Below are positions 1 to 7,638 of a stretch of 26,735 nucleotides of DNA, piece by piece. The translations under genes and the position numbers were made by a program. The notes beneath the pieces are model-generated. The model did no database searches, was not told the DNA's origin, and saw only the letters and a program-made list of their open reading frames with translations. Every line of letters starts with the position of its first letter. Within the stretch, counting starts at the first letter, position 1. Source of the DNA: a virus (Duplodnaviria > Heunggongvirae > Uroviricota > Caudoviricetes). The stretch spans positions 1 through 26,735 of the IMG/VR virus record IMGVR_UViG_2802429240_000009; one strand, written 5' to 3'.

Positions 1-1164
1 TTACGCCTTCTTTATATCCTCCATAATTCCAGAGTGGGACATATTTGGGACATTATCACCAAAAATGTCGTCTATTTTCCTCGCATGCTCTGTCAAATGA
101 TTAGGCGCAAGGTGAGCATACCTACGAACCATTTCTATGGACTCCCATCCGCCCATTTCCTGAAGCACTGATAATGGGACGCCTGACTGAATCAGCCAGC
201 TTGCCCAGGTGTGTCTGAGGTCATGGAAACGGAAATCTTCAATTCCTGCACGACGACAAGCTGATAGCCATGATGTTTTGCTGTCGATGCGCATCTTCCT
301 GACCGCAGGCGTTGATGTTCCATCTGCTCGCTTAGCCGCCTTGGTATGTACAAACACCCATTTGTGATGCTTGCCTATTTGATCACGCAACACTTTACAG
401 GCGGTATCGTTCAGCGCCACACCAATGGCGCGGTTTGATTTGCTCTCTTCTGGATTCACCCAGGCAACTCGTCGCTGCATGTCGATTTGTTGCCATTCCA
501 GATTTATGATGTTCGACTTTCTCAGACCAGTTGCCAGCGCAAACTTGACGACAGATTTCAGTGGTTCGGGGCACTCATCAATAAGGCGTTTTGCTTCCTC
601 CTTTTCCAGCCATCTGACTCGCTTGTTTCTGACCGCTGGTATATTGATTACAGGAGCTTTTTCCAGCCACTTCCAGTCGCGTTCTGCAGCACGGAGAATG
701 GCCTTTATCATGGCAAGATGCTTTGCCTTTGTCTGAGTTGATACTGGCTTTGGTTCATAAACAGGCGGTTCTTTACCTTTCCTGATGGCGGCCTGAACTT
801 TCTGTTTCCATATTTCTTTCGTCTTTCTGTTATGCATTCTGCTTACAGCAGAGTAAATCTTTGCCTCCGAGATATCTTTAAGCCTTATACCCTCAAAATG
901 TTCAAGCCAGAACTCAATCCGGCTTTTATCTGAATCGAGAGATTTTTTATCAGCTTTTTCCTCAAGCCATCTTAGGCAGGCCTCTTCAAAAGTGACATCA
1001 GGTAAATCCCCTAGCTTTTCTACTCGCCAGAGTTCTGCTTTTCGCTTGTCGTGCAACTCCTGAGCTTGCCGCTTGTCCTTTGTGCCAAGAGATTCCTTAA
1101 TTCGTTTCCCGCCCGGGAGCGAATACGAGGCATACCATATTTCATTTCTGCGGAAGAGTGACAT
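1..1164 (-). CDS. int: Phage tyrosine integrase (387 aa), phage-21/DLP12-type
   Basis: Full-length ORF on the minus strand with stop at window position 1-3. The C-terminal region has the tyrosine-recombinase signature ([11 protein letters not shown]...[16 protein letters not shown]). It sits at the prophage end next to an excisionase ORF. The attachment site would lie left of the window. Confidence 0.9.
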   Translation of the reverse strand: MSLFRRNEIWYASYSLPGGKRIKESLGTKDKRQAQELHDKRKAELWRVEKLGDLPDVTFEEACLRWLEEKADKKSLDSDKSRIEFWLEHFEGIRLKDISEAKIYSAVSRMHNRKTKEIWKQKVQAAIRKGKEPPVYEPKPVSTQTKAKHLAMIKAILRAAERDWKWLEKAPVINIPAVRNKRVRWLEKEEAKRLIDECPEPLKSVVKFALATGLRKSNIINLEWQQIDMQRRVAWVNPEESKSNRAIGVALNDTACKVLRDQIGKHHKWVFVHTKAAKRADGTSTPAVRKMRIDSKTSWLSACRRAGIEDFRFHDLRHTWASWLIQSGVPLSVLQEMGGWESIEMVRRYAHLAPNHLTEHARKIDDIFGDNVPNMSHSGIMEDIKKA

Positions 1165-1391
1165 TTTCTTTCCTCTGTTATGCCATCACCCGCGCTCACC
1201 TGGACAGTATGCAGCGGAGACTGAAGCGCCGCAATGCAGGCTTGCCGTGTTGTGAGGTAAGGAGATTTTGGCTTGGTTGGATCTTTGCGTGTTGCCTGTA
1301 GGCGGCCTGTTCGTATCCAGTTGGTGGCGGTTGGTCTGGATATCTTAAGAAACTGACAGGCCTCATCGAGTGTGAGGCTGTATGATTCCAT
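1020..1391 (-). CDS. xis: Excisionase / AlpA-family HTH DNA-binding protein; 3' part overlaps int
   Basis: The stretch [31 protein letters not shown] is a typical Xis/AlpA helix-turn-helix. GAGGT lies 5 nt upstream of the ATG at 1391. The frame runs 145 nt into the int coding region, so the true functional 3' end is uncertain. The ORF-track start at 1421 is an upstream extension. Confidence 0.5.
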   Translation of the reverse strand: MESYSLTLDEACQFLKISRPTATNWIRTGRLQATRKDPTKPKSPYLTTRQACIAALQSPLHTVQVSAGDGITEERKCHSSAEMKYGMPRIRSRAGNELRNLLAQRTSGKLRSCTTSEKQNSGE

Positions 1392-1641
1392 GGTTACCTC
1401 TGCTTTTTGAACGCATGTCACGTAACTTCTTAATGTGTTCTGCCGTTTCGATCTCTTCTGCTATCCGATCTGCATCAGCTTTATTCACAGGTTCAAAGTC
1501 ATGATTAAAGCGGAACATGCTGGCGATACATGTTCTGCCTTTTCGGATGTAGTGAACTTTGTTGTGGGTAGAACGCAGGATTTTGCAGGGAGTGCCGTGG
1601 TGGTCGACGTACCAGGTGTTAGGAAAAATGATTCTGAACAT
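1363..1641 (-). CDS. Hypothetical early-left protein (92 aa)
   Basis: ORF with GAGGTG Shine-Dalgarno 6 nt upstream of the ATG. It is co-oriented with and tightly packed among the early-left genes. No motif recognised. Confidence 0.5.
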   Translation of the reverse strand: MFRIIFPNTWYVDHHGTPCKILRSTHNKVHYIRKGRTCIASMFRFNHDFEPVNKADADRIAEEIETAEHIKKLRDMRSKSRGNHGIIQPHTR

Positions 1642-1688
1642 TTTTACACCTCAGTTGGACGATGTTGAAATTTGCTGCTTTGAGGCCA

Positions 1689-1907
1689 TCACAGTCCCCA
1701 TTGTTTGTTCTTAAGTTCGATCTCCTCCTGGCAACTTGCACAAGTCCGACAACCCTGAACAGCCAGGCGTCTTCGCTCATCTATCGGATCGCCACACTCA
1801 CAACAATGAGTTGCGGATACAGTCTGGTAGTTCAGACGACGCATTTTTATTGCTGTATTGCGCTGTAATTCTTCGATTTCTGATGCTGAATCAATGATGT
1901 CTGTCAT
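1689..1907 (-). CDS. TraR/DksA-family C4 zinc-finger protein (72 aa)
   Basis: C-terminal CxxC-(17)-CxxC spacing (CCECGDPIDERRR...CRTCASC) typical of phage TraR-like proteins, as commonly found in lambdoid early-left regions. Confidence 0.7.
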   Translation of the reverse strand: MTDIIDSASEIEELQRNTAIKMRRLNYQTVSATHCCECGDPIDERRRLAVQGCRTCASCQEEIELKNKQWGL

Positions 1908-1960
1908 CTTTCATTAATCCCTGAATTGTTGATTAATACGCTTGAGGGTAAATGCGAATA

Positions 1961-1985
1961 ATAAAAAAGGAGCCTGTAGCTCCCT
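1961..1985 (-). terminator. Weak candidate intrinsic terminator downstream of the DGQHR gene (minus orientation)
   Basis: On the minus strand a GGAGC/GCTCC stem (1969-1983, 5-nt loop) is followed by a U-tract (A-run 1963-1968 on the plus strand). The stem is short. Confidence 0.3.
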
Positions 1986-2060
1986 GATGATTTTGCTTTT
2001 CATGTTCACCGTTCCTTAAAGACGCCGTACAGCATGCTGATATGAGACAATGTTGATTCA

Positions 2061-3125
2061 TTAAGTTGATTCCAGACTTCCTTTGGTAAAAGCTTGTATC
2101 AGTCTGTTTGCTGCTGCTTTCTGCGCTGCCACATTGGCAATAACAGATAGTTTTTCCTGGCTGGCTTTCGTGCAGATCCCCGCCCAGTTATCCATCAGAA
2201 AAAAATCCTCTCTTTCTGCAGAGCTGGTAGTTGCACATAGTTTTTCGATCATAGAAGTTATTTCTGCGATGGAATGATTAACCATCATCTGTTGAACCGC
2301 AAAACCGAAAGCGTTAATCATTACTCCATGGAACTGAATATAATCGCGCTTGTACGTAGCGTGGTGTACACCATGTCGGATTGAGTCAATCTGAGTTAGT
2401 GTAATCCATGCCTCCCAGACAGATTCTATATATCCCATTTCAAGTTGTTGATTGCCGTTCCTGGCGAACTTTGACGTTGCATCAGTGAGTGCCTTGAAAC
2501 TCACCCACATATTACTTTTTAATGGCACTACGTTGTGTTCAAAATCGGTTATATCGGCAAATACAGTATGTTGGGTCAGGAAGGATATCATTCCCTGAGC
2601 AATATCATCCCGGCCGTTATACGCCATATTGATGGTCGCTGATGGCTTAGAAACGTTGTTATTTATGTCCGAAAAGAACTGCTGCCGGGTTTTTAGCGGC
2701 AGATTCATTGTAAGCATCATGGGAACCATGAGCGTTGATGGGGAACTTCGGCAAAATATCTCAATGCCAGCTGCACGATGTTGACCATCAAAAAGTTTTA
2801 TTTCGGCGTCGAGGGGAATTCTGGCTATACCAACATTTGTGTTGCCAAACGGTACAAATTCTATATTCGAATCACAGTTACCTACGAGAGGGGGAATGAT
2901 AAAAGGCTCATTTCTTGAGTCTGCGTTAGTGAGATAATTTAAAAATTTTCGTACTCGATTTGGATTAATTTCTCGCTGAGAGCGTTCCAGTGTATGGCCG
3001 TAATTATCTGAAGCGAGGAAACGAGCCAGCGATCTTCCTGGTATGGTAAGGAAGAGTGTAACAGTACCACCCTGTACACCTTGCGATGCCGGAAATTCGA
3101 ATGAATGATTACCAACCTGACTCAT
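2061..3125 (-). CDS. DGQHR-motif protein (DndB-like, ParB/sulfiredoxin-fold superfamily), 354 aa; accessory gene
   Basis: The literal motif IKLFDGQHRAAGIEIF is present in the protein. AGGAGG lies 7 nt upstream of the ATG. The gene sits where lambda carries its dispensable orf63/orf61/ea22/ea8.5 genes. Confidence 0.7.
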   Translation of the reverse strand: MSQVGNHSFEFPASQGVQGGTVTLFLTIPGRSLARFLASDNYGHTLERSQREINPNRVRKFLNYLTNADSRNEPFIIPPLVGNCDSNIEFVPFGNTNVGIARIPLDAEIKLFDGQHRAAGIEIFCRSSPSTLMVPMMLTMNLPLKTRQQFFSDINNNVSKPSATINMAYNGRDDIAQGMISFLTQHTVFADITDFEHNVVPLKSNMWVSFKALTDATSKFARNGNQQLEMGYIESVWEAWITLTQIDSIRHGVHHATYKRDYIQFHGVMINAFGFAVQQMMVNHSIAEITSMIEKLCATTSSAEREDFFLMDNWAGICTKASQEKLSVIANVAAQKAAANRLIQAFTKGSLEST

Positions 3126-3280
3126 ATATCCTCCTGTTTATTATTTATCTTCTCAGCCAGCCGCTGTGCTTTCAGTGGATTTCTGATAACAGAAAGGCCG
3201 GGAAATACCCAGCCTCGCTTTGTAACGGAGTAGATGAAAGTGATCGCGCCTACCCGGATATTATCGTGAGGATGCTTCAT
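3122..3280 (-). CDS. Small early-left ORF (52 aa) translationally coupled to exo and to the DGQHR gene
   Basis: Its ATG overlaps the exo stop (ATGA) and its TGA overlaps the DGQHR start (ATGA). Translation is [52 protein letters not shown]. It resembles, from memory, the small lambda ORF just downstream of exo. It is below the ORF-track size cutoff. Confidence 0.4.
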   Translation of the reverse strand: MKHPHDNIRVGAITFIYSVTKRGWVFPGLSVIRNPLKAQRLAEKINNKQEDI

Positions 3281-3957
3281 CGCCATTGCTCCCCAAATAC
3301 AAAACCAATTTCAGCCAGTGCCACGTCCATTTTTTCGATGAACTCCGGCACCATCTCGTCAAAATTCGCCATGTACTTTTCATTCCGCTCAATCACGACA
3401 TAATGCAGGCCTTCACGCTTCATACGCGGGTCATAGTTGGCAAAGTACCAGGCATCTTTTCGCGTCACCCACATGCTGTACTGCACCTGGGCCATGTAAG
3501 CCGATTTTATGGCCTCGAAACCACCGAGCCGGAACTTCATGAAATCCCGGGAGGTAAACGGGCATTTCAGTTCAAGGCCGTTGCCGTCACTGCATAAACC
3601 ATCGGGAGAGCAGGCGGTGCGCATACTTTCGTCGCGATAGATGATCGGGGATTCAGTAACATTCACGCCGGAAGTGAATTCAAACAGGGTTCTGGCGTCG
3701 TTCTCGTACTGTTTTCCCCAGGCCAGCGCCTTAGCATTAACTTCCGGAGCCACACCGGTGCAAACCTCAGCCAGCAGGGTGTGGAAGTAGGACATTTTCA
3801 TGTCAGGCCACTTCTTTCCTGAGCGGGGCTTTGCTATCACGTTGTGAACTTCTGAAGCGGTGATGACGCCGAGCCGTAATTTGTGCCATGCATCATCCCC
3901 CTGTTCGACAGCTCTCACGTCGATCCCGGTACGCTGCAGGATAATGTCCGGTGTCAT
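3277..3957 (-). CDS. exo: Lambda-type 5'-3' exonuclease (Red alpha), 226 aa
   Basis: Near-identical over its full length to lambda Exo as recalled ([43 protein letters not shown]...). Confidence 0.95.
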   Translation of the reverse strand: MTPDIILQRTGIDVRAVEQGDDAWHKLRLGVITASEVHNVIAKPRSGKKWPDMKMSYFHTLLAEVCTGVAPEVNAKALAWGKQYENDARTLFEFTSGVNVTESPIIYRDESMRTACSPDGLCSDGNGLELKCPFTSRDFMKFRLGGFEAIKSAYMAQVQYSMWVTRKDAWYFANYDPRMKREGLHYVVIERNEKYMANFDEMVPEFIEKMDVALAEIGFVFGEQWR

Positions 3958-4739
3958 GCTGCCACCTTCTGCTCAGTGGCTTTCTGTTTCAGGAATCCAA
4001 GAGCTTTCACTGCTTCGGCCTGTGTCAGTTCTGACGATGCGCGAATGTCGCGGCGAAATATCTGGGAACAGAGCGGCAATAAGTCGTCATCCCATGTTTT
4101 ATCCAGGGCGATCAGCAGAGTGTTAATCTCCTGCATGGTTTCATCGTTAACCGGAGTGATGTCGCGTTCTGGCTGACGTTCTGCAGTGTATGCAGTATTT
4201 TCGACAATGCGCTCGGCTTCATCCTTGTCATAGATACCAGCAAATCCGAAGGCCAGACGGGCACACTGAATCATGGCTTTATGCCGTAACATCCGTTTGG
4301 GATGCGACTGCCACGGCCCCGTGATTTCTCTGCCTTCGCGAGTTTTGAATGGTTCGCGGCGGCATTCATCCATCCATTCGGTAACGCAGATCGGATGATT
4401 ACGGTCCTTGCGGTAAATCCGGCATGTACAGGATTCATTGTTCTGCTCAAAGTCCATGCCATCAAACTGCTGGTTTTCATTGATGATGCGGGACCAGCCA
4501 TCAACGCCCACCACCGGAACGATGCCGTTCTGCTTATCAGGGAAGGCGTAAATTTCTTTCGTCCACGGATTAAGGCCGTACTGGTTGGCGACGATCAACA
4601 ATGCGATGAACTGCGCATCGCTGGCATCACCTTTAAATGCCGTCTGGCGAAGAGTGGTGATCAGTTCCTGTGGGTCGACAGAATCCATGCCGACACGTTC
4701 AGCCAGCTTCCCTGCCAGCGTTGCGAGTGCTGTACTCAT
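3954..4739 (-). CDS. bet: Lambda-type single-strand annealing protein Bet (Red beta), 261 aa
   Basis: Near-identical to lambda Bet ([68 protein letters not shown]...). Its stop overlaps the exo start. Confidence 0.95.
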   Translation of the reverse strand: MSTALATLAGKLAERVGMDSVDPQELITTLRQTAFKGDASDAQFIALLIVANQYGLNPWTKEIYAFPDKQNGIVPVVGVDGWSRIINENQQFDGMDFEQNNESCTCRIYRKDRNHPICVTEWMDECRREPFKTREGREITGPWQSHPKRMLRHKAMIQCARLAFGFAGIYDKDEAERIVENTAYTAERQPERDITPVNDETMQEINTLLIALDKTWDDDLLPLCSQIFRRDIRASSELTQAEAVKALGFLKQKATEQKVAA

Positions 4740-4744
4740 CCGTT

Positions 4745-5041
4745 TTATACCTCTGAATCAATATCAACCTGGTGGTGAGCAATGGTTTCAACCATGTACT
4801 GGATGTGTTCTGCCATGCGCTCCTGAAACTCAACATCGTCATCAAACGCACGGGTAATGGCTTTTTTGCTGGCCCCGTGGCGTTGCAAATGATCGATGCA
4901 TAGCGATTCAAACAGGTGCTGGGGCAGGCCTTTTTCCATGTCGTCTGCCAGTTCTGCCTCTTTCTCTTCACGGGCGATCTGCTGGTAGTGACGCGCCCAG
5001 CTCTGAGCCTCAAGACGATCCTGAATGTAATAAGCGTTCAT
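4745..5041 (-). CDS. gam: Gam, RecBCD inhibitor (98-aa short form)
   Basis: Matches lambda GamS ([21 protein letters not shown]...[10 protein letters not shown]). The upstream frame does not continue into the long Gam N-terminal extension. Confidence 0.9.
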   Translation of the reverse strand: MNAYYIQDRLEAQSWARHYQQIAREEKEAELADDMEKGLPQHLFESLCIDHLQRHGASKKAITRAFDDDVEFQERMAEHIQYMVETIAHHQVDIDSEV

Positions 5042-5116
5042 GGCTGACCTCCTGAAAATGGCTGTGAAAATATCGCCCGCGAAATGCCAGGCTGATTAGG
5101 AAAACAGGAAAGGGGA

Positions 5117-5407
5117 TTAGTGATTCAGGCCGTTACCGCGTCCGTCGAGAAAAACTTCCACGAGCAAATCACGGGTATAAGTGCGCTCGATGCCGCGATG
5201 CAGATAAAGCCGTCCGCGTAAATTAGCTGATGCAGTCCAGGTACCATCTTTGTGTTTGACCAGCATTCCTGGCATGACCGCACCTCGATTAACGGTCTGC
5301 GTTCCATAATGTTGATGAACCATAAAAACTCCTGCCCGTAAGCTGGGCTGCTGAACATATAGAGACTTCTGCGCGTATTCAGGCGGTGGATGGCCGCCGG
5401 TTGTCAT
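5117..5407 (-). CDS. Hypothetical protein (96 aa), first ORF downstream of pL
   Basis: ORF occupying the position of N/cIII/kil in lambda, but with no arginine-rich motif and no recognisable family. An alternative 77-aa frame overlaps it (5125-5358). The ribosome-binding site is weak, so coding status is uncertain. Confidence 0.3.
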   Translation of the reverse strand: MTTGGHPPPEYAQKSLYVQQPSLRAGVFMVHQHYGTQTVNRGAVMPGMLVKHKDGTWTASANLRGRLYLHRGIERTYTRDLLVEVFLDGRGNGLNH

Positions 5408-5600
5408 AACTAAGCCGCCTCGTTGAAGCGACTAAGGTATGAAATGTTGAGTTAATTTCAGCTGGTCACACCGACGTTCACGCGTCCGTTTCACCCCTCG
5501 CACTCCCCGAAGCCTGCTGAAATTCAAACTGCGGATCTAAGCGGTCATCGCAACGGTGAATCAGGTAGTTGCCGTATCGTTGTGTTGTTGCGATGAACTT

Positions 5601-5643
5601 ATTTAAAACTATAGTTGTTTTATCGTCAACAACAAAAGTTGTT
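5601..5643 (-). promoter_or_regulatory. pL-like promoter with operator-like dyads (OL)
   Basis: In minus orientation: -35 TTGACG (plus 5624-5629), 17-nt spacer, -10 TTAAAT (plus 5601-5606). The spacer carries AAAACAACTATAGTTTT, differing by one base from the element in the pR spacer. A second dyad, AACAAC-AAAA-GTTGTT (5628-5643), overlaps the -35. Confidence 0.5.
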
Positions 5644-5770
5644 TTATTGGTTGTTTTAGATATAACTGGTTGTATTTAGGATGGATTTATTTTGTGACTT
5701 GAATCGCATAGCGATAACTGAAGCGAGGTTATGGTGGTTTTTTTAACGGTGTGTGTGATGAGGGGAGGGC

Positions 5771-5797
5771 AAAAGAAAACCCGGCACGGTGACCGGG
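5771..5797 (-). terminator. Intrinsic terminator downstream of cI
   Basis: In minus orientation a CCCGG-UCACCGUG-CCGGG stem-loop (plus 5780-5797) is followed by UUUUCUUUU (plus 5771-5779). It lies about 120 nt after the cI stop. Confidence 0.55.
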
Positions 5798-5918
5798 ATT
5801 CTTACGCCGTTAGGTAAAGATATTATTGCGGTGGCTTAATATTACTACCTAGAGCAAAGATAGGAATTAGTTCTTTACTGAATGAGCACAATGCCCAGTT
5901 GATAATTTTTAATTGGTA

Positions 5919-6608
5919 CTACCCATGCTTCCTATATGTCTGCGGCATGCTCCCAATAACCTTACCGAAGATGAACACCCGGTTCATCTCGTCTTTCTCG
6001 ATCGGGTCCCACGGTGAGTAGCTTTTGTTATCAGAGATGACCAGCAGCTTATCCTTCATCATTTGCAGGCGCTTTACATGGGCTGTGTCGTCGTACAGAA
6101 ACGCATAGATACCATCACCGTCGAAAGATTTAACTGTGATATCAACGAACAGCAGATCACCTGGTTCGATCGTTCCTGACATGCTGTCACCACGCACGTT
6201 AATGATGCGGATATTTTCCGCCTTCCTACCATCGAACATGTGACGAGCATCGTCAAACGAGTACTCAACCGAGCGTAGAACTTCTACAAACTCACGGTTG
6301 ATGACTCCCGGCCCAGCACTGACTTCTATATCAAGAACGTCAATCTTGAAGTATTTGGAATGGCTGACAGTTGATTGTATTGGTTGCACTGTACTGTCTG
6401 ACATATTTCCAACGCCAGAAGATAACCATTCTGCGCGCACACCCAAAGCGTTCGCGATCTCCACGATTTTAGTTGTTTGATTAGCTTTCCCTGTTTCGAT
6501 TTTCTGAATAGCAGCCTGGCTAACCCCGACCAAATCCCCAAGCGCCTTTTGTGTAAGGCCTCGCGCTAATCTGGCTTCTTTAAGTCTTTCTGAGAGTGTT
6601 GTTTTCAT
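5919..6608 (-). CDS. cI: CI-type prophage repressor (N-terminal HTH plus C-terminal S24 LexA-like autopeptidase), 229 aa
   Basis: HTH region LTQKALGDLVGVSQAAIQKIETG, and Ser/Lys dyad context (VRGDSMSGTIEPGDLLFVD ... AHVKRL). The start at 6608 is preferred over the ORF-track start at 6674, which would overlap the pR -35 and operator. A pRM-like -10 lies 6 nt upstream, so the transcript is probably leaderless. Confidence 0.8.
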   Translation of the reverse strand: MKTTLSERLKEARLARGLTQKALGDLVGVSQAAIQKIETGKANQTTKIVEIANALGVRAEWLSSGVGNMSDSTVQPIQSTVSHSKYFKIDVLDIEVSAGPGVINREFVEVLRSVEYSFDDARHMFDGRKAENIRIINVRGDSMSGTIEPGDLLFVDITVKSFDGDGIYAFLYDDTAHVKRLQMMKDKLLVISDNKSYSPWDPIEKDEMNRVFIFGKVIGSMPQTYRKHG

Positions 6609-6614
6609 AGTCCA

Positions 6615-6685
6615 AATGTACAACCAAGGTTTTATTCCATCAAACGAAAATGGTTGTTGACTAAAAACAACCATAGTTTTAATCT
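6615..6685. promoter_or_regulatory. Divergent pRM/pR promoters with operator dyads (OR)
   Basis: pR on the plus strand: -35 TTGACT (6657-6662), 17-nt spacer, -10 TAATCT (6680-6685), then GGAGG and the cro ATG at 6713. pRM on the minus strand: -35 TTGATG (plus 6638-6643), -10 TACATT (plus 6615-6620). A perfect 9-bp-arm palindrome ATGGTTGTT-N7-AACAACCAT (6650-6674) overlaps the pR -35, and AAAACAACCATAGTTTT (6664-6680) fills the pR spacer. Confidence 0.6.
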
Positions 6686-6712
6686 TGATTCAAATTAACC
6701 ACGGAGGTTGTT

Positions 6713-6943
6713 ATGAACCCAGCTATCAAAACAGCGATCAATATCGTTGGTTCACAAAAGAAACTGGGCGCTGCTTGCGAAGTTTCACAGCAGGCCGTCT
6801 ATAAGTGGCTTCACAACAAAGCAAAGGTATCCCCTGAACATGTCGGCAGCATTGTTACGGCTACTGGTGGAGTAGTGAAGGCATACCAGATTCGCCCGGA
6901 TCTTCCGAAGTTGTTTCCACACACCGAAAAGAACGCAGCTTAA
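6713..6943 (+). CDS. cro: Cro-like / YdaS-family HTH regulator (76 aa)
   Basis: Small HTH protein (KKLGAACEVSQQAVYKWLHNK) transcribed divergently from cI immediately downstream of pR. Confidence 0.7.
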   Translation: MNPAIKTAINIVGSQKKLGAACEVSQQAVYKWLHNKAKVSPEHVGSIVTATGGVVKAYQIRPDLPKLFPHTEKNAA

Positions 6944-7012
6944 ATTTCCATTTCACGCTCTTTAACAATAAGCAATCAACTTAACAGTCAATTCAAACTA
7001 AAGGAGTCAATT

Positions 7013-7552
7013 ATGCAACCACTTACATACCAACAGACTAGCGGATTTAGCCCGACTGCGGTGATAAATCGTTCTCAAACAAAACAGGTGCCAGGCCACG
7101 AAAAAATCCGTGATGCCGTCCGCGCCTGGTCGGCTGTAGATAATCAGGATGTCGTTGCCACACTCATTGTGAATGAGTATCGGGAGCAGGGCGGCGGCAC
7201 CATCGATTTCCCTGATGATGTCAGCCGTGCACGCCAGAAGCTGTTCCGCTTCCTCGATAACAAATTCGATTCTGAAAAATACCGAAATAACGTGCGTGAA
7301 CTGACCCCGGCAATTCTGGCGGTACTACCGCTGGAATATCGCGGTTACCTGGTTGAGCAGGATAGCTTCATGGCTAGGTTGGCTGAAATGGAAAAGGAAC
7401 TCAGTGAGGCAAAACAGGCTGTCATTCTCAACGCACCACGCCACCAGAAACTGAAGGAAATTAGTGAAGGTATTGTGTCGATGTTTCGTGTGGACCCAGA
7501 TCTGGCTGGTCCATTGATGGCGATGGTTACTACCATGCTGGGGGCGATATGA
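7013..7552 (+). CDS. cII-position protein, possibly YdaT-family (179 aa)
   Basis: ORF with AAGGAG Shine-Dalgarno between cro and O. The motif EYREQGGG resembles what I recall of YdaT-family proteins that pair with Cro-like YdaS in Rac-type immunity regions. Its stop overlaps an ATG at 7549 (ATGA). Confidence 0.55.
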   Translation: MQPLTYQQTSGFSPTAVINRSQTKQVPGHEKIRDAVRAWSAVDNQDVVATLIVNEYREQGGGTIDFPDDVSRARQKLFRFLDNKFDSEKYRNNVRELTPAILAVLPLEYRGYLVEQDSFMARLAEMEKELSEAKQAVILNAPRHQKLKEISEGIVSMFRVDPDLAGPLMAMVTTMLGAI

Positions 7553-7638
7553 CAGGTTCAGAAATGGCGAAAGCCGGTCTGCTGGAACAGAACCGACTTT
7601 CAGGTGCAAATCGTAACACACTCATTGCGGGAGGAATT

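Noticed and set aside
425-741. Plus-strand ORFs of 103 aa and 84 aa inside the integrase gene
   Set aside because: Both lie entirely antisense within a well-supported integrase CDS, and neither has a recognisable motif or ribosome-binding site. Most likely chance open frames.
5125-5358. Alternative 77-aa frame overlapping the 96-aa ORF
   Set aside because: Same strand, different frame. It cannot be separated from the 96-aa ORF on sequence alone. The longer ORF is reported at low confidence and this one is not listed as a feature.
5716-5745. Plus-strand terminator-like T-run (GGTGGTTTTTTT)
   Set aside because: The preceding stem is only 5 bp with a 10-nt loop and is separated from the T-run. 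No plus-strand gene ends nearby. The minus-strand terminator at 5771-5797 is the better-supported structure.
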